Positions 1-12,480 of a stretch of DNA of 64,000 nt are shown here, in pieces. A program made the translations under genes and the position numbers. The DNA is from Hyphochytrium catenoides. Taxonomy: Eukaryota; Protista; Hyphochytriomycota. The number at the start of each line of letters is the position of its first letter. Position 1 is the first letter of the stretch. The stretch lies in assembly GCA_900088475.1 (NCBI GenBank), contig FLMG01002043.1, positions 7,928-71,927 on the forward strand, in the 5' to 3' direction. The notes under the pieces were generated by a model. It was not told where the DNA came from, ran no database searches, and worked only from the letters and a program-made list of their open reading frames with translations.

Positions 1-3000
1 AAGAGAGAGATTGAAGAGACAGCGAGAGAAAATGAAGACGAAGAGATAGAGGCAAGCTATGTACAGAATGCGAGGACTGTCTAGCACCCTTCATTTAAAG
101 AGGTACCTTTGCCTCCTTCTAGTGGGAGAGAGAGAATCGACGTGAGGTTCGCCCAGAAGCTATCGTCCTGTCTCAATCCTCGAACAACCTATAATGAGAG
201 AGAGGAGAAGAGAGATGTAAATGGAATCAGGTAGATTCGACCAATGAGCCGGCAGCTTTTCACTTCGGATACCTTGGTCCTGCAGGCACTCTCCTTCTCT
301 CCCTCTTCCTTTACCCCTCTCTCTATCCTCGCTCCCCTTTCTCTCTCCCTGCCCCCCATATCTTTCTTACTCTGTCTGCCTCTTTATTTCTCACTCTTCT
401 GCTTTTTCTCCTCTCTCCCTTCAGCTCCGCCCTTTCTTTTTCCTTCTCTCCGTATGCTGGTCGCAGTCTCTCTCCATGTGTCCGTCAGAATCGTTGGTGC
501 TATGACAGAATCTCTCTAGAGCTGGTTGTGCCTACCTGGAGATGCTGTCTCCTGCCCACTGCGGCTCCATTCCAGAGAAAGAGGAGGACCTGAAGAGTAG
601 CTTCAAGTACCATTGGCTGGTCTACTATCAGAGCTCTTGAGTCCTTGAGAAGGGCAACGAAGATAGAAGAAAGAGACGGAGACGGATCGGACGCGGCAGA
701 TGGAGCCTGAAGAAGAACCCCCGCCAGTCCTACATGGCAGGAAAGAGAGACGAGCAAAAGGACCAGCAGTATTGGAGTGAGAACCTCACTTTGCAGGAAT
801 ACAGCTCTGACCTTCTTTTAAGATAGGCATGACATCTCTGTTTCTTGTCCCATCTATCTTTATCCCTTGTTCTGGGCCTTACCTGGTTGATATTCAAGGG
901 CCGCCTTCACTAGCGCTAAGGCAGCGGTCTTAAGGTGAGGAGACTCATCTCCTGGCTGCTGAAGGGCTCCCACAACGGAGCGCCGCAGGGCTACGACGTT
1001 GAGAGACATGCGGGAGTTCAAGGAGAGAGGGGGAAGGGCAGACAGTGGGTCTGATTAGGAAAACAATTGGACATACTTATAGCGGTTTCTGCACGAGAAA
1101 GGTCCTTCTACCCACCTTCTCCCTGGTCCTCTGAAGGGAAGAAAGCCATGACAGAGCTCTGATGCGGCAGCTCAGCGATGGGGCGCGAGGAGCCTGTCGC
1201 GCTATTCATATTGTCCAAGTTGGAGTCGTCCGTACGACTAGGTGGAGAGACTGAGGACTGCTCAGAGGAGCAGATGCTTAGATAAACAAGGAGGCGAGTG
1301 GCGAGGATGGGTAGTGCTCTCCCTGAGGGCCTCTTATAGTCCAGGAAGGCTCTAACTATGGTCACCAAGTTGGCTCCATCTAAGAAGAAAGTGGAAGGAG
1401 AAGATGGAGGAGGAGTTTGAAGTGAAGAGTAAGAGGAAGCGGAGGAGAGAAAGACTGCCGACGTGGCTGACGCATATGTTGAGACCTCTACCGTTGACGT
1501 GAGAAGGTCAGCCTTCTGTCTTGCCTTCCACGCCAGCTGAGAAGGAAGCAGCCGAGGATCCACTGGGGAGGCACAGGAGAGTGGAGAAGATGGGGAAAAC
1601 TCTTCTGAGAGCACGGCCGCTTCCAAAAGAAGGAGAGACTCAATGGCCATTAACTCAATGAGGTTGTACTCCAAGGCGCTTATACCGCGGAACAGGCCCC
1701 TCTCAAAGTCAACAAACCCTCTTTTCCCATAAGAAGACGAGGAGCCAAAGCGACCGCTGTCATTCTTCCGTCTCATGAGGTCAGAGAGAGTTAGCCCAGT
1801 CTGGGACGAGATAGATTCAGTGGTCTGAGCCCTAAAGAGTCCAGCTCCAGTAGACCCGGAGACCAGGACGACCAGGGGAGGATAGAGAGCCCGCTGCGTC
1901 ACTCTGTCGTGAAGAAGCGCCTCTACAACGACAGCAAATTGATAAAGGTGAGGAGTCAGTAAGGCAAAGTAAGTGCCAGGTGGTAAGAAGAGAAGGACCG
2001 ACGCCAACGTTTTTCGTGGACGGAGCTTATACCTATGACAATTCGCTTGCTCTCAAGTGCCACAGTGTCAACTAGGCCCAGGACGGAGTTGGTCTTAAGG
2101 TAGGGAAGAGGAGCCTGGGCCGGCGATGCAATCGAGCAGAGGATCAGACGACTACGGATTGACTCAGAGATGGAGATTGCGAAAGGCAAGATTGAGTGTG
2201 GTGGGCTCTAAGGAAGGATTGAAATCTTCCACCGACAGAACAAATGCAGTCAATGACCAGAGGAAGAGACAGAGACAGAGAGTGTAAGAGAGAGAGACAG
2301 AGAGTGTAAAAGAGAGAGAGCGAGAGAGAGAGAGAGAGGAAAAGGGAGAGCTGAAGTCGTGAGTAGCTTTCAAGTTTTACCTCTAGCACTTGGCGCAGAG
2401 CTCTAGTACACAGCGCACCAATCTTCCACCGCTGACTGCGACGAGAGTATCTCCAGCTGTCATGGGAGGACAGAACGGACAGAATGACGGACAGAATACG
2501 AAGCAAAGCAGGTTCCTCCCATCCCTTCCCAAGCGTAACCTCTCCAACCCTTATCAAGAACTGTAGAAGCATCTCGTCCTCTCTTTCTCCTTTGCTGGGA
2601 GGTGGAAGAGGGTGTTGCTCTCCTGCGGGTCCATGCTTTTGAGCACAGAAATAGAGCTCACACACTCTTTCCACAAAGCGGCCAAAGTCGAGTAGAGTAA
2701 GGGGAGAGAGAGAAAGACCACTGGCAGGATGAGAGGAAGAAGGAACAGCAAAGTGCAAGAAGAGTCTTTCGACTATTGGGAGAGAGAGGCCATATCCCAG
2801 CTGCTCTTGTAGAGCATTGACAAAGTCTTTCGCCTCTATCTGCCCACCTTGAAGAGGCATGCCGTCCTCTCTACTACTCCCTCTTCCCGCGCTTCTCCCT
2901 TTGTGACGAAGAAATAAGCCCCGCAATCGCAGCGCCGGGTGCTGCTTCTGAAGAGAGGTGAGCAAGGAAATAGAAAGCTCCAAAAGAGAGAGGATCCCCT

Positions 3001-6000
3001 CATAATTGCCCGTGTGTATCTCGCGTGAATGCAAGAGAGAAAGTGACGCTTGGTAGAAAGAATGAAGAAGATCTCTTTCGCCTGCTCGTCCCCAAAGTGG
3101 TGATGGAGGTACTGCAAGAGAGTCATCCCGCTTCTCCAAGAGGTACAGCAACAGCCGTTTCCCAGTCTTTAGCCCTGCGACCGTGGAAAAGAGCTTTAGA
3201 CAGCCCACAGAGATGTCCTGAAGAGTCGCTAGGACATTTTCCTTCTGTCGTTCTCGCCGACGTCTCAAGCCCTCCCAGTCACTGGAGAGTGGGCTTGAGT
3301 GAGAGAAGGAGGAAAGATTCGAGGTTTTATCTGCGGTTGCCTCGTGGCTCACCTCCTGGAGCAGCGCTGTAGAGTGAAGGAAAGTAGAAAGGACGCCTCG
3401 AAGTAGGTAGAGAATGCCGGTATCATCAACAGAAGAACAAAGAGAGGGTGATGAGCTCGAAGCGACAGACTTCTGCTTCCTCATCTTCTCACTGCTGAGG
3501 GCGGAAAGGAGACGTTCTCTCTCTGTCTCGGAAGTGACCCCAAGCTGCAGGAGATGCTCTTCTGTGACAGGAAGAGAAAGCAGGTGATCCAAAGTCACGC
3601 CTCCTTCCCAAAAGAAGGAGGAGAGGCGTTCCAGCTGATGAGATCTAAGCCAGTTAAGCAGTCTTTCCTCTTGAATGTGAGAGCCAAAGCGACAAAGAAA
3701 GTCGTCCCCTCCATCACCTCTCTCCTTCTCCCCGCCTACGGTCGCATAATAAAGAAGAGAGCCCAGAAGCTCCACGCTGGACTTGCACTCCAGCAGCGTT
3801 TGCGAAAGATTATCCTCAATAGGAGAAAGAGACAGAGTCTTCAGTCTCTTCTGCCCGAACGAATGCGAGCGATGAGAGGTAGAGGAGACACTGAGGAAGG
3901 AAACTAAGTCCTCTACGTTCACTTCCCATAGCCTTTGAAGGTTTTCCACGAGAATTGGCCACGCAGAGAGAGAATATTCCCACTGGGCAACGGTGGCTCC
4001 TGTTTTTTCCACTCCGTAGAGAGCCGAAGAGCGGCGGGACAGAGGAGGAGAAAGTATTTTGCCTCTAGTTCCCCTCGGAAGCGAGATCCCCTCGGTAGTG
4101 TAGGTGTATCTGGAAGAGAGAGCAACCCCTGGAATGTCTGCCACATCAGGTCTCTCCTTATTCCGCTTGTCCTGTCCAGTAAAGGGAAGCATGGCCAGGA
4201 GAGGCTGAGGAGGCAGAGGAAGGGAGAGGAAGGATATCCCTCTTCCTCCTTCTCTTGCTCCAGCTAACCGCTCAAATACTCGCACTGCGCTCTCCATATC
4301 CCCAATTAAGGAAGAACAGAGCGTCGTGAGGGCCCAGGTTCGCCAGGGAAAGAAAGACAAAGAAAGAGAGATCACTCCCTCAATGGCATCGGGTGTCTCT
4401 TCCTCAGTTTCCATTTTACTCCAGACGGTCGAACAGAGAGATGGAACGCCCTTCAATGCTGCAGAGAGGAGAGTAACAAAGACAACGACATCTTTTTCGG
4501 TCTGCGTCTGCTGTAAATAAGGAAGCGCAAGGAAGAGCGCATTGCTAAAGTCTCTCAGTATCCTCTTGGACAAGAAAAGGCCATAGAAGGTCCTTCGTGA
4601 CACCACTTCCTCTCCGTGCAGCGCACTCTGAGGGATCTCGTCAAGCACTTGCAGAGGCAAAGAGGGAAAGTGGTCAATCTAAAAGCATCGAACACACCAT
4701 CCCACGCCCTTCTGGACCCCGTTTCCATTACCCTTCTGGCAACCCTTACAATAGCTAGCCGCCCTCACGGTGTTAGTCAATGGACTTATACCTGTAGGAG
4801 AACTGGGCAAGTCACGTCCTGTTTGTCCGTCCCGATATTCTCCATAGTAGCCCACGTACGAGGTCCACGGCGTCGAGGTACCGGTCAGAGCGGGCTTTGG
4901 CAGATCAAAGAAAAGAGGCGCAAACGGATGATGAGCCACAGCGCTATGAATTGAGGGTAGATTTCGAAACCAGCAAAAGTGATGCAGAGGGCTTAAAGAG
5001 CGAAAGAGATTGCTAAGAAGGTGTCGAAAGGTAGCGGACCTCAAACCGCTTGTTCTCGCTCTCCATTGTTTGAGCCATAGAAAGAAGGAAAGCCATGGCC
5101 CCTAATTCATCTCCAAAGACAGAAGCCTGCGTGATGGTCTCCTCACTGCAAAGAGCAGAGAGTCGCGAGAGCAAGTCGTCCTCTCTCCCTCTCTGACTCA
5201 TCCTGTCTAGCCCCTGTAGCTGCACTCGTAGGAGAGCAAGCATGCTTCCCCAGGCTTTAAGGAGAACAGCATGAGGAGGAGGCTCTGAATCTGCTCTTTC
5301 TTCGCTAAGGTACTTCCCAGGTCCCTTCCACGCTACTGCGGCTGTTCTCAGCTCCTCGTTAAAGAATTGATCGATGGCTAAGAATTGTGACAGGCTCTGG
5401 TCCGTGAGTGTAGATGAGGAAGAAGGTAGCAAAAGCGGGTGGTAGATAGCTCTTTCTCCTGTTAGCTCTTTCGCTTCTTGACCGGTGAAGAAAGAGAAGC
5501 TGAGTCCCTGTAAGAGGACAAAGACCATACTCTGCGTCACTGCGCGGCACAGGTCAATCTTTCCATTTGGCACCAGGAGAGAAAGCTTAGTCCTGCAGGG
5601 GCCAATAAGACAAGTTAGCATCCAGCCTATGGAAAGTAGATAAGAGCGACGTACCTTGAAGTGCCAAAGTCGAGTTTGGAGAATAACTCCAAAAGGCGGA
5701 AGAAAAAAGAAGGCGAGATATGTATCCTCTGCACCGTGAGAGCCTGCAGTAGCTGCAGCAAAAGATTCTCCTCTGAGACGCACTGCTGGGCCCACGCCAC
5801 CTCGTGCCGATGATAGAAGTCCACCAGCTCTTCTCCCTCAACCTCCTTTCGTCCTGTTAACGCTTGGAGCTCGCATGAGAATGGAGAGTAGACGTTGGGA
5901 GCGTCGTTATCATAGAGTTCCTGAAGCTTTCCCAGCACTTCGGAGAGGACACTGCTCTCTTCTCCTGCTGTTCCATGGGTAGAATGATTGAGTATCTCAT

Positions 6001-7095
6001 CCAAATATTCCTTTGCGAGGGAGTGGTAAGGATGCGACTCTCTCTTCTCATTGGCGATACGTAGTATCTCTATGACAAGCTCTACAAGTGCTCTCCTCTC
6101 TCCATAGTAATAGTCACGGAGATCCTCAAACCATCCCAGTCCATCCCAAAAGCCTTCGTTAACCGTGGAAAGGCTGAGAGAGCTATGGAAATCTCGGAGA
6201 AAGTCCCTGAAGAGCTGGAAGGTTTGAATCTGTCCAACAACAGAGCAGAAGCGGAGCATCAGGATATGAGCTTTAAAAATTCAGCTGGAGCCATCAGCAG
6301 GTACTAATAGTGCTTAGCGGTGTAGCGACAGGCTAAAGAGCCAGCCCCGCTGTAGAGTTATGAGAGAGAGAACGTGTCGAAGAGTTCGTCAAAAAAAGTA
6401 TCAGATCCATGAGAAGCGTCAGACCTCATTCAGATGCAAAAGGCAGCTGGCCACCTTCACAAAGGCCCTTTCCTTGGGCCCTGAGATCTCAACCTTAGAG
6501 CTCTCAAGCTTACAAGAAGAAAAGAGAGACGTCAGAAGCACTTTTCGCTCCCCTTCGCAGGCTATCCTTTCTTTCTTCCTCTCAGAAATCATCCCCATAC
6601 TCTCACATTCTCTCCCACATCCCTACCTCTTCCCTTTCTTCCCGTCGAGAAGCTCCTCTCTTTGCTCGTCTCCCCTTTCAACGCCGTCTTTCTTCCTCCG
6701 CTCCTATGCCCTCAAGAGTCACAGTTTACCTTATGGATCCGAGGCACCTGTTCCCCGTCAAGGACCTTTCTTGCAGCCTCAGAAGGCGCTTCGTAGAAGC
6801 TTAGAAAGTGCTTCAGCCTACCGGAGGGATCTAAAGAACGACAAACTTCAGTAAAGCAGAGCTACTCAGTCCCACCCAGGGAGTCACCTAACCCGCGATA
6901 CTTTCGTCTCTTGAGCCTTCATAACCCCGTGTTGTCTATCTCCCTCTCTTCGGCCAAATAACGTTCGAATGTCCGGTGTATCAATAGCTTACCACGGCGC
7001 AGCAAGTTGAAGAACTCTGCAGCGTCAGGCAGCAAGTCAGGAGTTCGCCTAAGGAGGGCCAGAATCACGCTGGAGGGCAATGAGAGCTCCTCCAT
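1..7095 (-). CDS. NUP188: Nucleoporin Nup188 (multi-exon; 3' end runs off the window)
   Basis: Manual splicing: ATG at 7095 (MEELSLPSS...LLRR), GTAAGC donor at 6992, then DPSGRLKHFLSFYEAPS..., LHLNE|IQTFQLFRDFLRD, DYYYGERRALVELVIEILRIANEKRESHPY and WRYSRRSQRWKIG. These match Nup188 motifs (YY.ER...HPY; WRY....R.QIG). Junctions checked from 7095 to ~4680 are GT-AG and in phase; the downstream ORFs (2144-4660, 1108-2007, 500-757) are taken as continuing exons without a full phase check. Confidence 0.85.
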
Positions 7096-7621
7096 ACTGT
7101 CTGGTCGGCTCACAATCGTGAGTGCGATGCTCTGACGACCCCTTGTCACCCTTTAGGTCATCACGGAGGGACCCTGGACCATTGCTTTTCACCAATCTGC
7201 AGCACGCAACTGCCCCAGCACCGGCGACAAAGACGATGACTTTCCCTTTTTTGGAGAAGTTCTTGACTTTCACTCAGTTGTGCTAAGGAAGGACAGAAGT
7301 TGTGCTAAGGATGGATGCACCTCTGGCTGGCAATTGCCTTTAGAGACCAGAGCTCCATCCGCCGCGAGCTGGGATAGCACCACCGGCCAAAGAAGAAAGC
7401 TTCAGATGAAGGATCGAAGACGCGATGCGAAGGAAGGTGTTTTTGATGGTTTGGATTCGTAGCTGTGCCGTGTATCAGCGGCCAGATCCTGTGAATGATA
7501 ACTTGATATTGTGATTCACCCTCTTGACATCAAGGAGATTATCATCCTCAGTGATCAGGGATCATTGTAGAGTCTCAGCTACCAACCCATGGGGATTACA
7601 TCGCTCTTGCCCAGTAGGAAC

Positions 7622-7940
7622 TAGGAGCTCGTCTGCGTAAAAAAAGTGGGCACATTTCCAATTTGCCAATGTTAGGCTTTTCCTGTATTAAGGGCTATAC
7701 TGACCTCCCTAAAATGTGGGCATCGAATGTGCTATGGGACATTACTGTATACGTCTAACCTGTAGATAATAACAGGGACATATCCGACCGTATATATGAC
7801 AGCGTTTAGCTCAATGCCCACTTAGTCATGCACATCCCCTACATTTAATCAATGACTTCTGGGCAGCGAACTCAAAGTGGGACAATTAAATTGGAAGATT
7901 TTTGCTTGTTTTCGTTCAAACTTACGTAGACGCGCTCCTA
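7622..7940. mobile_element. MITE-like non-autonomous DNA transposon (~315 bp)
   Basis: The left end ta|GGAGCTCGTCTGCGTAA (7624-7640) and right end TTACGTAGACGCGCTCC|ta (7922-7938) form a 17-bp TIR with 2 mismatches, flanked by TA (within CTAG). The interior is AT-richer and non-coding, with repeated GTGGG(C/A) motifs and an internal TTCCAATTT/AAATTGGAA inverted pair. Confidence 0.65.
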
Positions 7941-9442
7941 GTCCTCATGATGTAGATCTATCCTAAGCATCGGATCTGAAGTTTGTTCCTCAACAACCAT
8001 CATCAGTAGTCCTCATCATGATGTCTCAGCATGAGTGCTGCGGTTCGTAGTATCTTGCTTGGGGAGGATCCTACATCGTCGGGATGCCCGACTGGTGGTA
8101 GCGCTTGATCTCTGCTGGATTGACCGAAGCTATGGCAGTGTTTCAAGCGCTAGACACCTGCTTGTCAGCCCCCTATCTATAAAAAATGAAGGTTCCATCT
8201 TTAGGAAGGCCTCCGACGCCCGCCCAGAACCTAACTCCTCCTGCTGCTTGGCGAATAGTACTTGGGGGCACTATTCCCTCTACTTCACTCAGAAATTGCT
8301 GGTTAATTGCTGTAAGGAGGAGAAGGGGCTCCGACAATGATGGTCTCGGTGGAGGTTGAGTCCGTGTTGAGGAGGTGACTGGGCTGGCCGCGTGTTCGTG
8401 ATTTAGGCTTCCTCCGCCCGTACCTGGAAGGTAGAGGATCTCGCGGGCGGCTTATCTCTCGTCATGGCTGGGCTAGCCATTAGTCCATGATCCAAGCTTG
8501 CTCCGCCCTCGAAGAGGTAGAAGGGGCGGGCGAATGCCATCGTGGAGTGGTGTGAGAAGTATGGGCCCCTTTTTTTCACGGGAATCGTAACCAAGTATGA
8601 GAGCTCGTACGACGACGACGGGGTTGACCGTGGGCAGTCTTGCTTGACGTGGACGGCGTCCGCGAGAACCCAGCTGGTGCTCTCTTGCTCTAGCTTAGGA
8701 GGGGTTAGCCCAGCACTTTCCGAATCTTCTTGAAATATGGCCAGCTCCTACCAGCTCCTTTATTGCCAAGAGAACCAATAATACCCCTAGATGCACCAAC
8801 AACGAACGCTCATGGGATGGCCGGATCGATGATCAAGACGTTAAATATGAAAGCAACAGAATATTGTGCTCTAGAGAGAACAGCAACCTTTTTCTATGTG
8901 CCTGGAGACCATGGTACAAGATGAAGTCGACTAAGAATAACAGCTGTGCATTGCTCATAATGAGTATCAGTAGTAGAAGAGAGCACAAGTATCTAGCCAT
9001 CAAGGCCATAATTATTTTCTGTTTGTTGTTATCCAGAGAGACTTGTCGGCAACTCCTTCCCCCAGTGCAGAGGTCTCCGTGTCTGGCCCATAATAACGCA
9101 TCTCAGCGTGAGAGAAGAGAAGTTGTCAAGTTTTTCATCAGGAAGGACCTAACAACAACCATTGCTTCCTAAAAAGGCGATATAGCACGACAGACTCAGA
9201 GCCTTTCAAACGCGGACCAATGCGGACGATTGTGAAGTGTTGGGAAATACTTCCTAGGAGAGGAAGGAGCAGGAAAGGACAAGGCATGAAGGACGAAAGA
9301 TAAATAAGGTATAAATTATACTGGTTATACAAGCTGCTGATAGCCTTGTCGACCCACACTACTGCTAGGGGATTGGCCTTCCCTTACGGCATTTGATCCC
9401 GTTTCCCTATTCTCCCAGCAGAATATTATCAGCAAAGTGCGT

Positions 9443-10426
9443 TTATGCCAAGGCTAGGTAGTAGGCACTAAAGGATACTGAGAGTAGAGTAAACGTACTG
9501 GTGAGGGATATAAAAGAAGTCCCTGAAGAAGCCTCTGCGGTACCGATCTTGCCGCCCACAACAGAAGGGGCAGTGGTGCGAACTGAAGGCTGATCCTGCT
9601 GCTCCCCAGAGGTAGTGGGCGTCACAGTGGTGGTAACAGGGACAGTAGTAGGGGCAGCAGTAGTAAGAGGAGGAGGCGTTGTGGTTGGAGCAGCGGTGGT
9701 AGGAAAGATAGCGTTCTTATCAGGAGTGCCTGTGAACCAGCTGCCATCGCCTAGACACTCAGCAACGGTGGCGAATGTTGCACCACGGCTCTTGAGGAAG
9801 TTGGTAACCTCGCCAAGGATGTCAATCGAAGGTTGATAGGTCTCATGCATAAGTGCGATCAATCCCTCCGGCAGCTGTGGCTGCGCCGCAAGGAAACCCT
9901 TGTACGCCTCCATTGTCGTAGCGGCACTCTTCCCAGGCTGCCAGTCATGAGTGTCCATATTCCAGTTGATAACTTTCACACCGCCGTCTGCCAGGGGTTG
10001 CAGCTCATGCGGAGTGTTACAGTTGCCGTACGGGCAGCGAAAGTATGTTGGAGCAATGCCAAGGATCTTCTTAAACTCCGCATTGGTCTGTTGCACTTCT
10101 TCCTGTAAGATTTGATTGTAGCTAAGAGTGGGAAGCTGCTCATGATTGTAAGAATGGGAGGCCAGCTGATGGCCCTCTCTGAAAGCACGTTTGACAGCAT
10201 CAGAATATTGCTGTAGATTTTTTCCTAACCAGAAGAAAGTGAGGGGTATGTTCAGCTTCTTAGCTTGGTCAAGAAGCTCTTCCGTGTTTTCTGAAGGTCC
10301 ATCATCATATGTGAGTGCGACAACACCCGGCTTCTGGCAATGGTAGATTTGGGAGAGCCCCTGGGTTGGCACCGCTAGTTCCGTGCTCAAAAGAAGTGCG
10401 GCCAGGCCCAGAACGCTTGGCAGCAT
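9443..10426 (-). CDS. Secreted, probably GPI-anchored polysaccharide/chitin deacetylase (CE4, NodB homology)
   Basis: Intronless 327-aa ORF with a signal peptide and CE4 motifs ALTYDDGP, HSYNH, FRCPYG, WNMDTHDW and LMHE. It ends in a Thr/Pro-rich stalk and a hydrophobic C-terminus after a small-residue (ASSG) omega-like site. Confidence 0.93.
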   Translation of the reverse strand: MLPSVLGLAALLLSTELAVPTQGLSQIYHCQKPGVVALTYDDGPSENTEELLDQAKKLNIPLTFFWLGKNLQQYSDAVKRAFREGHQLASHSYNHEQLPTLSYNQILQEEVQQTNAEFKKILGIAPTYFRCPYGNCNTPHELQPLADGGVKVINWNMDTHDWQPGKSAATTMEAYKGFLAAQPQLPEGLIALMHETYQPSIDILGEVTNFLKSRGATFATVAECLGDGSWFTGTPDKNAIFPTTAAPTTTPPPLTTAAPTTVPVTTTVTPTTSGEQQDQPSVRTTAPSVVGGKIGTAEASSGTSFISLTSTFTLLSVSFSAYYLALA

Positions 10427-11577
10427 GGTGATAGATATTGTTGGCGTCGAATCCTAGGACAATAGTTGGGCTTAAGGCCAGGATTGAGGCTTGTAGTAGC
10501 TGGCGGGCGTGTCTCCGTGTCGTGTGTCTCACGAAGCAGCAAGTCTCAAACTGATGATGATGGAATCTAAGGACGTAGCCAAGACAATCCACTCACTGTT
10601 GGGTCAAACGAAAAAGAACGAGCAGCGTCGCGCCCAAAAGGACACCAAAAGGCAGATTCCATGCGAGGGAAGATGACTGCTTCTTCACCTCAATATTTGG
10701 TGGTCATCATCTGTGGAGGAACGGTGATAAAGAGGGAAGGGAGGGGCGCAGCGGAGACCTAACATTTTGGCGGGCTTCTTTGCTTTGTGAATAAAATTTT
10801 GGTCCAGCAGCCTCATCGTCTGCTAGGAGGAAAGGGCGGCATCAAGAGGGCAGGGGGAAAAACAGTTACAGAAAGACAGGAGACAGAACAGGAGGGCCAC
10901 AAAAGCCAAGAGGAGTGAGGATGCTACTGGAGAGAGAGATAAACAGGGGTGACGGTATATAACTGAGGACTTTCGTACATGAGACAAAGAAAGTTGGGAG
11001 CGGAGGGCTTTCCCGCTTAATGTCCACCCTCCCTCCTGAGAATCTGAGCCTTTAGAGCCAATCTTGCTTCCGGCTCTCTGCTATAATAATGTTAGACCTT
11101 TGTAGCACAAGTGTCAGCCATCAAGGCTCCTGAAGTATCTTCTAACCTTATGAGGAAAGACCAGCCTGAACCTTCATTTGTAGCATTATTTTGAATAGCT
11201 GGGTTGTGCATTTGCATCGATTATAGGGAGAAAGAAATAAGGATTCGGCATAAAGGTTTCTTTTATTCTGGGATGGAGCTGAAAATAGGTACAGTAGGTT
11301 CTTTGTCTGGAAGGAAGAACTCCTTATGGAGAGTTAGTAGTTCTAGAGTAGGCAAAGGTAGGCCAGCAGCTGTTGTTGTCAGATGATGGCGGTGAGCGGG
11401 TGACTAAGTCCTTCAACCCTAAGCTAATAAGAGCAAGGATTGAGCTACAACAGATAGGGATCAGGGACCACCTTCCTTGGTAATAACAAATCAAAAAGAC
11501 CCATGCTGCTTTGTGTGTCATAGTCTTAGACGGGTAGGAGACAGCCCACCAGCTAACCTTGACTGTGCTCATAGCCT

Positions 11578-12480
11578 GTGGTCAGAATATGGACCATCCT
11601 GGGAAGACTGCTGCTCATACTTTATTACCTGCTGTTGGTGATGTATGTACAACCGCTATCCTTACCACAAGTACAGTACTCTGTCTCTGATGGCTCTTGG
11701 GTGGGACCTTTGAATGTGCCATCGGCGTGGTATATAGGGCATCGACAGACATCCCCCAAGACCTACCAAGCGTTTACCTTCGCATGAGTTGGTATGACCC
11801 GCGGCTACCCCGAGGGACCGAGGCTTGGTACTCTGGATATCTTCATGCCAGGTAAGACAATCAGACCAATAACAGGATGACAGGGCTTGTGAACTCAGCA
11901 GTCAGTAGCACTCATAATACCCTAAGACTGAAGACAGAAGATCTAATCTCCGCAAGCCTGCCAAAACCTCAGCAACAGAGCTCGCTATTGAACGAAGCGA
12001 TCTAAGTTAGTGGGCGCCATTGCACTCTTGCCACCTTCATTCGAGCTGTCGTCTGTCCAAGCAGCTTTTTATACCGCTTCCTGCTCTAGAGGAATGTGTA
12101 TAATGAAGAGGAGGACGACCGAGACGGACAGGTAACAGTTGAAATAGCAGGAAACACGGAACCAAAGAGTGGAAAGCTGAAATCTGTGAGTGTGTGGGGA
12201 GGATGAAGGAAGAGGTCGACGGTGACGCCTTTAAGGCCGCACCACACCGTCCTGGTCAGAGTTAAGAGGCGGAAACATTCTACTCGTGACGCAGGAGGAA
12301 GGAAACACCACGCTCGCTAGTGGCAATCTTCATCGTCTGCCGATTCCTTTCCGCTGCCTGATGTAGATAGAAGAACTCAAGTGATCTGGAACTCCAGTTC
12401 GCTGAGCTTCTCTCTTTATTAACATCGCCATCAGATGTTGGCTGTTCTTGTTCTTCAGGTGTTGACAGGGATGGTCGGTG
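11578..12480 (+). pseudogene. Decayed pentameric ligand-gated ion channel (Cys-loop receptor-like) pseudogene
   Basis: Motifs occur in pLGIC order across several frames: hydrophobic leader, PLNV/AIGV, YLRMSWYDPRL (11775-11807), EAW/(T)LDIF (W.PDIF-like), KEWK, VRVKRR/TFY (pre-M1, ~12255-12285), then hydrophobic segments. There are many frameshifts and stops. Confidence 0.5.

Noticed and set aside
8340-8733. WCEKYGPLFF (P450-like) motif in a GC-rich patch
   Set aside because: A single short motif with no other P450 features in order; possibly a relic but unassignable.
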